A DNA stretch of 64,000 nucleotides, from assembly GCA_023269615.1 (NCBI GenBank), contig JAHFSY010000020.1:3873-67872 (forward strand), in the 5' to 3' direction. The position numbers were made by a program, and so were the translations under genes. Position 1 is the first letter of the stretch; the number at the start of each line of letters is the position of its first letter. The notes beneath the pieces are model-generated. The model had not been told where the DNA came from, made no database searches, and was given only the letters and a program-made list of their open reading frames with translations. This DNA is from Verrucomicrobiota bacterium. GTDB taxonomy: Bacteria; Verrucomicrobiota; Verrucomicrobiia; JABWAM01. Below, piece after piece: positions 1-7,766 of this stretch.

Positions 1-1
1 C

Positions 2-241
2 AACCTGAAAGAAGCTTTCGAATATTACTCTCGGGCATTGGAAGATTATCAAGGATGTGTCGATCGGGTGCATGACGATGAAGAACAGCGTGACATTCGA
101 CGAACTCAGGGTGAATGGGTGGAGGAAACGGGGGTCCACTATCTTGGGGACGCCGGTAATTTGCATTGCTCAAAGAGACTCGCTGAAGCGAAGTTAAAAA
201 CTGATGTGCTTCAGGCCGATTTACGCCGCGCGAACAAATAA
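2..241 (+). CDS. C-terminal part of a hypothetical (possibly TPR-like) protein, 5' truncated by the window edge
   Basis: Frame is open from base 2 (NLKEAFEYYSRALEDYQGC...) to TAA at 241. 'EAFEYYSRAL' resembles a TPR helix. Confidence 0.45.
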   Translation, partial: NLKEAFEYYSRALEDYQGCVDRVHDDEEQRDIRRTQGEWVEETGVHYLGDAGNLHCSKRLAEAKLKTDVLQADLRRANK

Positions 242-264
242 GCATTCTGGCATGACATTGGAAT

Positions 265-705
265 ATGAATCCAACCAAAGTCCAACCCGTGATGACTGCG
301 GCGCGCGATTGTGCGCTTGTGATGCTGGAGAGCGCTACTTATATCCAGCGCGAGTTGCCCAATGTTCAGATGGACGATTCAATTCGGGCGACGACGGAAG
401 AGCTTTGCTCGGCGCTTGTCGGAACCAAGCACGACATGTTTACCGAGGCGTTCGAGCTCGACGAGCTTCTCGCTGCCGAAGCCTCCGAGTCGGACATCCT
501 TGTGCGGGTGAACCGCATCGTGCAGTGGCTCTGGCAGGATGTTGAGCGGATGCATCAGCTTGTTACCGCACTCGAATCCGCCAGCAAGCGTGATCCAGCT
601 TTTGGGCTCGCGTACCTGCTCATCGCAGAGTCTGCCACCAATATCCTGCAGGCATTCAACCGCACCCGGGCGGCGGCAGACCAGCTCAAGAGTCAGGCAG
701 GATGA
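265..705 (+). CDS. hypothetical all-helical protein (146 aa)
   Basis: Clean ATG ORF with protein-like amphipathic composition. No motif recognised. Confidence 0.65.
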   Translation: MNPTKVQPVMTAARDCALVMLESATYIQRELPNVQMDDSIRATTEELCSALVGTKHDMFTEAFELDELLAAEASESDILVRVNRIVQWLWQDVERMHQLVTALESASKRDPAFGLAYLLIAESATNILQAFNRTRAAADQLKSQAG

Positions 706-743
706 GATGGGAATGCAGGGCGGAGACAGGACCCTGTATCCCG

Positions 744-795
744 GACGACGCGACGAGTCGCGTCGTCGAAAGCTCCGACAAGTCGGAGCACTCCA
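744..795. repeat. double-hairpin REP-like element between convergent genes
   Basis: Hairpin gacgacgcgac-ga-gtcgcgtcgtc, then gctccgac-aa-gtcggagc followed by actcca. Confidence 0.6.
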
Positions 796-806
796 TGTTT
801 GGCATC

Positions 807-1580
807 CTACAAAAAGATTGTGCCCAGCGGGGCGCCGGAAAAGAGGCGGGGGAGGATGTTTGGGGTTTGGCCGTTGGCGATCACGAAGGGGCGGCCGGTG
901 GCCAGCACCCGGCGGGCGGCCAGGAGTTTGCTGCGCATGCCGCCCACGGAACGATGGGAATTGGAATCGCCGGCGTGACGTTCGATCTCAGCTGTGATTT
1001 TTTTGATGGTGGGCAGGACGCGGTTTGAACCCACGATGAATCCGTCAATGTTGCTGAGGATCACGCACGCGTGGGCGTGGATGAGTTCGTGGACCATCGC
1101 GGCGAGCTGATCGTTGTCGCCGAATTTGATTTCCGCAAAGGAGACGGCGTCATTTTCGTTGACCACGGGAACCACGCCGCGACGGATGAGGTTCAGCAAT
1201 GTGTGGCGCGCGTTGTTGCGGCGTTCGGCGTGGCGCATGTCGTCGTGCGTGAGGAGGATCTGGGCGACGGTGATGCCGAGGCGCGTGAACGCGCGCTCGT
1301 AACTGGCCATGAGAAGGTTTTGTCCGATGGCGGCACAGGCTTGGAGATCGGAAATGCGTGTGGGCCGTTTTTTCAGTTTCAGCCGTCCCATGCCCGCGCC
1401 GATGGCGCCGGACGAGACGAGCACGAGATGGCAGCTCTTTTTCCGAAGGGTGGCGACCTGCGAGGCAAGGCGGGCGATGCGGCGCGTGTCCAGCCCGCCG
1501 GCGTGCGTGGATAGAATGCCGGTGCCGAGTTTGACGACAATCAAACGCGCCTTCGTAAGAATGTTACGGTCCGTGTGCAT
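807..1580 (-). CDS. proB: glutamate 5-kinase (no PUA domain)
   Basis: Motifs IVVKLGT, VSSGAIGAG, QACAAIGQ, NENDAV...FGDNDQLAA and GGMRSK. Start placed at ATG 1580 (MHTDRN). Confidence 0.95.
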   Translation of the reverse strand: MHTDRNILTKARLIVVKLGTGILSTHAGGLDTRRIARLASQVATLRKKSCHLVLVSSGAIGAGMGRLKLKKRPTRISDLQACAAIGQNLLMASYERAFTRLGITVAQILLTHDDMRHAERRNNARHTLLNLIRRGVVPVVNENDAVSFAEIKFGDNDQLAAMVHELIHAHACVILSNIDGFIVGSNRVLPTIKKITAEIERHAGDSNSHRSVGGMRSKLLAARRVLATGRPFVIANGQTPNILPRLFSGAPLGTIFL

Positions 1581-1686
1581 GGAGAGGCGGATTTTGTAAC
1601 CCGTCGCAGCGCATGAGGCGAGCAAATCTCGAGGCAGCGGTCAGCTGTCAGTAATCAGCCATCGGCTTGCGGATTCCTTTTTCTCT

Positions 1687-1829
1687 CTCCGTGTCCGCTG
1701 TGTCTCCGTGGTTTTCTCCGCCCCCTGTTGGACGTTCAACGTTCGACGCTCGATGTTGAACGTTCCCGCTGCCTGCTTCCTCCGATCCGGAAGGAAGAAG
1801 AAAGCCACGGAGGCACGGCGAACACGGAG
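1687..1829. repeat. nested composite repeat: inverted 9-bp-period arms enclosing a 7-bp tandem array
   Basis: ctccgtgtccgctgtgtctccgtggtttt (from 1687) pairs with aaagccacggaggcacggcgaacacggag (1801-1829). Inside are gttggac-gttcaac-gttcgac-gctcgat-gttgaac (1727-1761). Confidence 0.8.
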
Positions 1830-1842
1830 GTGGGAGCAGGCA

Positions 1843-2277
1843 TCATAGCGGCACGCCGAGCCTCTCCGCCTTTGCGAGTTCCTTCTGGTTCTCATCGAAG
1901 GTGAGAAACTGCCTGGCTTTCACAACGAGAGCAGCAGCGACATGGAGAATGTCAAAACCACGATGTCCACCAGTGAGGGTGTGCATGGCCGAGAGCCTTT
2001 TGGCTTCATCGACAACATCAGCCAGGTTGCAAATGTGGACCTTGAGCCTGCCGCTGGCCAGATCCGCTTCAAACTGGGCCCAAAACGACGCAGCTTCCCC
2101 CTTGGCAATCACTTTGCGAAATTCGGCAAAGCGGAGCGCGTTGCTCAATTCATACTCACCCAGCGCAGTGAGGGTAAGCGCGGTTCGCTGGGTCTTCATC
2201 CATGCCACCGCCCGGGGAGTATGGGCGTCGTTTCCGTAGAGCGAGAACAAAAAACTGGTATCTGCGCAAATTACCAT
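1843..2277 (-). CDS. vapC: PIN-domain (VapC-like) toxin
   Basis: N-terminal ADTSFL, central GEYE and C-terminal FDILHVAAA...FLTFD acidic PIN motifs. Overlaps the upstream antitoxin. Confidence 0.88.
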   Translation of the reverse strand: MVICADTSFLFSLYGNDAHTPRAVAWMKTQRTALTLTALGEYELSNALRFAEFRKVIAKGEAASFWAQFEADLASGRLKVHICNLADVVDEAKRLSAMHTLTGGHRGFDILHVAAALVVKARQFLTFDENQKELAKAERLGVPL

Positions 2278-2522
2278 TTTCCGCCAGCCTCATGGATGAT
2301 TTTTAGCGACTCCGCAGCCTTCAGCACACGTGAACCGGATCGATCCCGCTTCACCGCCGGGCTTTGAGACCAATCCACCCTATGGGCAGGCCGATCCTGC
2401 TCTGGAACGAGCCGGGCGATGGCCTTTCCTCTTTGCGTGATGATAATTTCCTCGCCGGCCCCAATCCAGCTCAGCAGGCTGGTGTAGCGGTTTCTCAAGT
2501 CTCGGACGGTTGCTGTTTTCAT
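2271..2522 (-). CDS. Phd/YefM-family antitoxin
   Basis: MKTATVRDLRN...GEEIIITQRGKAIARLVP is a typical Phd N-terminus. ATG at 2522. Confidence 0.88.
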   Translation of the reverse strand: MKTATVRDLRNRYTSLLSWIGAGEEIIITQRGKAIARLVPEQDRPAHRVDWSQSPAVKRDRSGSRVLKAAESLKIIHEAGGKW

Positions 2523-2525
2523 GAT

Positions 2526-2559
2526 GCTCCAATATTGGCGCACATGGCTCATTTGTCAA
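2526..2559 (-). promoter_or_regulatory. putative sigma70 promoter with overlapping palindromic operator for the TA operon
   Basis: Minus strand reads TTGACA-17 nt-AATATT. The palindrome ccaatattgg covers the -10 box. Confidence 0.5.
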
Positions 2560-2603
2560 ACAGACTTCAATCCTCCACATGGCATCGAAGATTTGTGTCG
2601 CAG

Positions 2604-2796
2604 GGAGGCAAGCGGCAACGTCCAACGTCCAACGTCGAACCTTCAACAGGGGAAGAAGAAAACCACGGAGTAACGGAGAACACGGAGCTGGGAGAATGCA
2701 GAATTTCACGGGCTCGGGATGTAGAGGCGCTTCCGCGAAGCGCCGCTGGGGGCAGGGGGAGGAGCGTCCAACGTCGAACATCGAACGTCCAACAGG
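2604..2796. repeat. cluster of 7-bp arrays, a 9-bp-period arm and one GTAG REP
   Basis: aacgtcc-aacgtcc-aacgtcg-aaccttc (from 2617), ccacggagtaacggagaacacggag, gtagaggcgcttccgcgaagcgccgc (2721-2746) and a second 7-mer array near 2763-2793. This is an inverted homologue of about 1690-1780. Confidence 0.8.
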
Positions 2797-2813
2797 AGGA
2801 GGAGCGGGATGCT

Positions 2814-2962
2814 GGGTGGTTGCCTTGTGCTTTTTGCGTCTCTTTTGCGGCCGGTCGCCGCATTCGGCACGTCGGAAGATGGCCGCGAAAAGGCGCATGA
2901 GGCACAAGAATGACAGACCAATTCCAAATGCGGTGGCCCTGCGGGCGAGGGCGCAGTCATCT
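2814..2962. repeat. ~150-bp hairpin repeat unit, copy 1
   Basis: gggtggttgccttgtgctttttgcg (2814-2838) is identical to 3564-3588, and ggcgcagtcatct (2950) recurs at 3703. The unit has internal inverted arms. Confidence 0.8.
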
Positions 2963-2983
2963 CGAATTTTGGGCAACGTCGCG

Positions 2984-3012
2984 TTGACTCGATGGGCATG
3001 TTGCTCTACATT
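2984..3012 (+). promoter_or_regulatory. putative sigma70 promoter of the MazEF-like pair
   Basis: TTGACT-17 nt-TACATT, ending 6 nt before ATG 3019 (near-leaderless). Confidence 0.55.
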
Positions 3013-3018
3013 GTTTTC

Positions 3019-3231
3019 ATGCACGCGATCGAGTTCACTGCGGAATTGAGTGGCCAGCCTGTCTTGACCATTCCCAAGGAAGTGGCGGCCCAGCTTCCGA
3101 AGGAAGGGCGGGCCCGGATCATCGTGCTGACGGCGGATGGTTCGGATGATGCGCAGTGGAATGGGGCGGCATACGAGCAGTTCATGCGCGACGATTCGCC
3201 GGAAGATGCCGTTTACGACAATTACCGATAG
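3019..3231 (+). CDS. small antitoxin-like protein (acidic C-terminus)
   Basis: 70 aa, MHAIEFTAEL...LTIPKEV...DSPEDAVYDNY, overlapping the downstream PemK-like gene. Confidence 0.75.
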   Translation: MHAIEFTAELSGQPVLTIPKEVAAQLPKEGRARIIVLTADGSDDAQWNGAAYEQFMRDDSPEDAVYDNYR

Positions 3232-3544
3232 CGTGTTCGGCCAGGTTTTTATCTGTCAGTTCCCGTTCACTTCGGGTGCATTCAGCAAACCGCGCCCCGT
3301 GCTGGCGCTGTTCGACCTTCAGCAGGATGTGGTCATCTGTCGCATCACATCGGTGATTCGCAATGGGCCGCTGGATGTAACGCTGAAGGATTGGACTCTC
3401 TCCGGGCTGGCAAAGCCGTCGGTTGCGCGGCTGGACAGATTGGTTACGGCGGAAAAAACCATTCTCGGACGCCGATTGGGATGCCTGAGTGCGGTGGACG
3501 AAGCATCCGTCCGAGTTGTATGGAACCAGCACATGCGACTTTGA
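3206..3544 (+). CDS. PemK/MazF-family endoribonuclease toxin
   Basis: Motifs FPFTS...KPRPVL...CRITS...GLAKPSVARLDRLVT. Confidence 0.88.
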   Translation: MPFTTITDSVFGQVFICQFPFTSGAFSKPRPVLALFDLQQDVVICRITSVIRNGPLDVTLKDWTLSGLAKPSVARLDRLVTAEKTILGRRLGCLSAVDEASVRVVWNQHMRL

Positions 3545-3563
3545 AAGAGTTTAGTGGGGCGTC

Positions 3564-3715
3564 GGGTGGTTGCCTTGTGCTTTTTGCGCCTCTTTGCGGC
3601 CATCTTCCCGCGGACCGAATTCAGAACTGGGCCACAAAGAGGCACAAGAGGCATAAGGCTGCCAACAGCAGTTCCCTGCCCACCTCCAGAAGTGGGCGCC
3701 ATGGCGCAGTCATCT
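3564..3715. repeat. ~150-bp hairpin repeat unit, copy 2
   Basis: Direct repeat of 2814-2962. Arms are ttgtgctttttgcgcctctttgcggcc and ggccacaaagaggcacaagaggcataa. Confidence 0.8.
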
Positions 3716-3795
3716 TGACTTGTGGAAATGGTTGACGGATGTTGGAGCTGTTGACATCCAGCGGCTCCGGGTCTGCTCGGACGTTCGACAACATC

Positions 3796-4341
3796 GTGAC
3801 GCGCACTTTCACTCTTGTCTGTTTGGCCTTGCTGGCGGGCTGCGGCTTCACGCCGCAGAAGCTGGCCTACACTGATCCGCAAGTGCAGGAGTTGCTCCGC
3901 GCCACCGAGGCCGCTTCGAGCAACCGATTCGGTTTCACACCAGTTGCCACGAATGCAGATATCCGCTTGGAGGAGTCGTCAGGTGCATACGACCGGATGC
4001 TTCATGTTTACGGACGCACGAGTCGCACCATTGCCTTTCGCAAGCAGGCGAAGGGTTTCACGTGGATTGGAGAGCAGGAGACTTACAGAGGTCCGAAGCA
4101 ATACACAACGGTTGACGGCACTTCCTTTGAAGAGATTTGTCTGACCTACGAGCTTCAGCGTGTTGCACACTACAGGCTGAATCACCTGAACATCACCTAC
4201 TGGGGCGAGGATAAGCGACTGGTAAACAACGAGGACCTGAGACTTCAGATCATTTTGCCGGTCCTCAAAGAATGGGGTTACAATGTCGAGCAAATCGGTG
4301 CAGTGAACGGAAACCAGCCGCCTCGCACGGAGACAAATTAA
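3796..4341 (+). CDS. hypothetical lipoprotein
   Basis: GTG start at 3796 and a signal peptide with lipobox LLAGC. Confidence 0.75.
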   Translation: MTRTFTLVCLALLAGCGFTPQKLAYTDPQVQELLRATEAASSNRFGFTPVATNADIRLEESSGAYDRMLHVYGRTSRTIAFRKQAKGFTWIGEQETYRGPKQYTTVDGTSFEEICLTYELQRVAHYRLNHLNITYWGEDKRLVNNEDLRLQIILPVLKEWGYNVEQIGAVNGNQPPRTETN

Positions 4342-4375
4342 TTACACTGCCATCCCATAGAAAAAGATTGGGGAT

Positions 4376-4491
4376 GGGGAGCACACGCGGCTCGCGTGTC
4401 CAAAATCGGCGGCTCGCCGATTTTTCCCTCGGGACCAAGGAATTTGTTCGACGAGCCGTCGAACAAGACACGCGAGCCGCGTGTGCTCCCC
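4376..4491. repeat. cruciform REP/MITE-like element
   Basis: A 25-bp perfect outer inverted repeat (ggggagcacacgcggctcgcgtgtc / gacacgcgagccgcgtgtgctcccc) encloses two inner hairpins. Confidence 0.85.
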
Positions 4492-4657
4492 AGACGGAAA
4501 ATTCTTAAACTCACTTTTGGAAATGATTTCGTCTTTCCACTGGCTGATTTTGGAAAAGACGCTTTTTGGCGTTCTGTGGGATGGCAGTGAATTAATTAAC
4601 AATACAAATTCGAAACGGGGAATGCACCTACCCGTCAGGCTGCGCGTCAGGCTGCGC

Positions 4658-6601
4658 TTACAGGATGGCGTGAAATTCCCAGGGGAGCTTCCAGTGGCCG
4701 TTGATCTGGCAGCGGAAATGGATCGTGAGGTTGGCGACTTGCTGTCCGTACACGGGGGAACACAGGGTGTCGAGGAGTGTTGGCGCCGGGGCGCGGGGAA
4801 AGATGAGGGCGGCGCCGGGGAGGGTGACGCGGTCGGGCGTGATGCGGATGTTTTTACGGGTCAGCGAGGGATCGAGATGAAGGTGGAAATCCATGAAGTG
4901 CGGGCCGTCGCCCAGGATCTCATCGAGGATGACGAGGCGATGGGATTTTTTGTCGAGTTGGATGGAGCGGCGGTGGATGGCTCCCAGATGGTGATAGCCC
5001 TGGTGCTCGCCGCAGAAGGTGGTTTCTGTTTCCGAATCCTTCCACGAGTCGCAATGCGCGTGGGTGCGGTCGCGCAACATGCGCCAGTCCTCGATCGGGT
5101 TTTGTTCCTTGCCGTCGAGCATGAGCGTGTTGTGGGCGGCGGTGGAGCGGAAGGCGTTGCGCGTCGGGATGTCGGCCGAATAACAGCATGTTCCCGCGTC
5201 TATGATCATGGGACGACCGCGCAAGCGGATGACGACGGAGAGCTTGTCGTTGTGGGCGTGGCCGCCGACGCCTTCCTGCCCGTTGGGCCCGCAGGCGACG
5301 TGGCAGCTGAGGGCGTCGGAGCGCAGGATGTAGAGGCCGGCGCTGCGAAGCGCGGCTGATTTGAGATTTGAAATTTGAGATTTGAGATCGGAGGTGCGGC
5401 TTGAGGGCTCGGCGGAATTGGAGATTTGATCGCCGCCAGGGCGGGACAGGGATTTGAGATCTGAAACGCGAAGCGCGCTGCTGCGACTTTCGGATGCCGG
5501 GGAATCTGAAATTTCAAATTTCAAATTTGAGATTTGCAGAGTCCCGCTGTCGTCGTCGCCGATTTGTGGGTCGAGGTTTTCCGGGCCGCGGAGAGACGCG
5601 TCGGTTTCGCGCATCTGTTTCAGCCTCTCGTGGAAGCGGGGAGGGAAGTCAAGATGGTGCTGACGGTCGAGATGTTCGACCAGAGTGTAAAGTTCCACCA
5701 CGAAATGATGATAGGCGGTGGAGGCTTCGGCGTGGAAGCCGTCGGCGTCGGTTTGTGCGTCCATTTCGTGGATCAATTGCTTGCTGGCGAGGTGACGCCA
5801 TTCCTTGGATTCGCGGAATTGTGGGACGAAGGTGGCGATGGTGAGGAGGCCGACGAGGTCGGCGATGTAGTGGTTGGTGCGGCCGTAGGGCGTCCATTCG
5901 AGATGGTTGCGGATGTAACGGGCGTGGGCGAGAAGAGAAGGATGAAGGATGAGGGATGAGGGATGAAGTTTTTTTGGGGAGTTCAGAATGATGGCGAGGG
6001 CGCGGGACCATTGGATGGCTCTCAGGGCGACTTCCATGGCGTTGAGCCAGTGGGGGCCGAATTCGGGGGGATTTTTTTTGATGAAATCCTCGACGTAATT
6101 TCGCCAGGCGTCGGAGTATCTGGCGTCTCCCGTGAGCGCGTAGGCGCGCGCGAGGGGGATCGCCCAGCCGAAGCGGCCCAACTCCCAGAGGCGGCGGATG
6201 TCGGTGACGCCGTCATGGGCTGGATGGAAGACATCGTAGCGCGTGAAGTGAACGTCGCCGGGCCAGGCCTGGCGTGTGAGCGGGTCCTGATGCCAGCGAT
6301 TCGGCCGTGTGAGGTCGCATTCCTCTCCGAAGATTTGCACCCTGCCCTGGAGCACGATATCCGCCTCACGCAGGATTTCATCGCGGTTCCATGCGGTGGG
6401 GTTCGTGTCGTCGGCAAAGACGATCGGCTTGCCGTCGGACCATTCCTGCATGCAGGCGTCGAGGCTGGCGGGACGTCCCTGCCATGCGGCGAGCACGTCT
6501 TCCTCGCTCGGTTGCGTGTTGAACATGCGCGCGCAGAGAAACGCCGAGGCGTGACGGAATTCGCGTCGGAGGCGGTTGATGATTTTATGGACGAGTCGCA
6601 T
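4658..6601 (-). CDS. heparinase II/III-family protein (polysaccharide-cluster type) with in-frame repeat-derived segments
   Basis: Motifs DIRRLWELGRF, EVALRAIQW, NHYIADL, DGFHAEASTAYH, GHAHNDKLS, FRSTAAHNT. Alternative start at 6619. Confidence 0.88.
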   Translation of the reverse strand: MRLVHKIINRLRREFRHASAFLCARMFNTQPSEEDVLAAWQGRPASLDACMQEWSDGKPIVFADDTNPTAWNRDEILREADIVLQGRVQIFGEECDLTRPNRWHQDPLTRQAWPGDVHFTRYDVFHPAHDGVTDIRRLWELGRFGWAIPLARAYALTGDARYSDAWRNYVEDFIKKNPPEFGPHWLNAMEVALRAIQWSRALAIILNSPKKLHPSSLILHPSLLAHARYIRNHLEWTPYGRTNHYIADLVGLLTIATFVPQFRESKEWRHLASKQLIHEMDAQTDADGFHAEASTAYHHFVVELYTLVEHLDRQHHLDFPPRFHERLKQMRETDASLRGPENLDPQIGDDDSGTLQISNLKFEISDSPASESRSSALRVSDLKSLSRPGGDQISNSAEPSSRTSDLKSQISNLKSAALRSAGLYILRSDALSCHVACGPNGQEGVGGHAHNDKLSVVIRLRGRPMIIDAGTCCYSADIPTRNAFRSTAAHNTLMLDGKEQNPIEDWRMLRDRTHAHCDSWKDSETETTFCGEHQGYHHLGAIHRRSIQLDKKSHRLVILDEILGDGPHFMDFHLHLDPSLTRKNIRITPDRVTLPGAALIFPRAPAPTLLDTLCSPVYGQQVANLTIHFRCQINGHWKLPWEFHAIL

Positions 6602-7766
6602 GGGTGTTTTGAATCTCATCGTACACGTCGAAAGTGGCTACTGCATTTTTTTGTGCGTCAAATTTCTCCTTCGCCAGCGCCAGCCCCTGTTGTCCCAGGC
6701 GGTAGGCGCGCGCGCTATCCTGCGAGAGGTCCATCACGGCACGAGAGAGGGCGACGGGATCGCCGGCGGGGATGAGGAGGGCGGTTTCATTGCGCACAAC
6801 CAATTCGCGGACGCCATCCAGATCACTGGCGATCGAGGGCCTGGCCATGGCGGCGGCTTCGATGACGGGGCGGGCGAAGTGAGGGACGGTGGAGGGGAAG
6901 AGCAGGATGGTGGCATCGGCGAGGAGGGCGGGGACATCACGTCTTGGTCCGACGAGGTGAAGCCGGCTTTGGAATGCGTTGAGGTGCGGGGCGTTGGCGC
7001 GGAGTTGAAAATCCGGCGACGTTTCCCCCGCGAGGATGATGTGGGCCGAGCGCAGGCTTCCGAGGATGGTGGGCATGGCTTGGAGCAATATGTCGGCGCC
7101 CTTGACCTGTGCGCAACCACCGAGGAAGAGGAGGACGATGGCATCCGACGGAATCCGGAGTTCGCGGCGGATATCGCCGGTGGGCCGGTCCGCGTTGAAT
7201 TCAGTGAAGTCCACGAAGTTATGGATCACCTTCAGTTGTTCACCGGGCATTCTGAATCCGAGCTGTGTCGCGTCGTTGTGGGAGATGGCGATGATCCGCG
7301 TGGCGAGAGTGCGGATGGCGAGACGGAGCCACGCGCGACGGAAACCGATGTAACCGCGAGCCAGCGGTTCGCGAATGTGCCAGATGACGGGAAGCGAGAG
7401 CGAATGCGCTGCAAGGGCGGCGACAAGCAGGGTGGAGGAATTGAGATGGACGATGGGATGCCCCGGGTTGCGGGCGAGAGCGCGTCGCAGGCGGAAGAAA
7501 AGAGGAATGGATCGGAGCAGGCGCACGAAGAGTCGTGGAAATTGCCACCAGCGGAACCAGACGAGTTCGGTGTGGCTGAGATCGGGTCCCTCGATCACCG
7601 CAACTGGAAAATCTTCCTTGCGATACAACTCGGCGGCGGGACCTTCGCGGAGGCAGATCACATGCGGCTCGTATCGCGCGCGATCGAGTTTGCGCAGCAG
7701 GAAAAGAAGGCTCAGCGGCGCTCCGCCGAGGGCGCGTTCGTGGTGGATGTAGATGATCGGCGTCAC
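6585..7766 (-). CDS. glycosyltransferase family 4
   Basis: Motifs GGAPLSL, KGADILL, PHFARPVIEAAA. GTG start overlaps the upstream stop. Confidence 0.9.
   Translation of the reverse strand: MTPIIYIHHERALGGAPLSLLFLLRKLDRARYEPHVICLREGPAAELYRKEDFPVAVIEGPDLSHTELVWFRWWQFPRLFVRLLRSIPLFFRLRRALARNPGHPIVHLNSSTLLVAALAAHSLSLPVIWHIREPLARGYIGFRRAWLRLAIRTLATRIIAISHNDATQLGFRMPGEQLKVIHNFVDFTEFNADRPTGDIRRELRIPSDAIVLLFLGGCAQVKGADILLQAMPTILGSLRSAHIILAGETSPDFQLRANAPHLNAFQSRLHLVGPRRDVPALLADATILLFPSTVPHFARPVIEAAAMARPSIASDLDGVRELVVRNETALLIPAGDPVALSRAVMDLSQDSARAYRLGQQGLALAKEKFDAQKNAVATFDVYDEIQNTHATRP

Noticed and set aside
702..1028. 108-aa ORF overlapping the upstream stop
   Set aside because: It runs through a palindromic repeat and antisense into proB, and has no recognisable motif.
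4376..4491. tRNA-like cloverleaf
   Set aside because: The 25-bp perfect outer stem and the lack of T-loop/D-loop consensus or a CCA end fit a REP/MITE-like cruciform instead.
4658..6601. True heparin-degrading lyase or polysaccharide utilisation locus
   Set aside because: There is no signal peptide, and the gene sits in a GT4/GT4/methyltransferase biosynthetic cluster, typical of the family members found in surface-polysaccharide loci.
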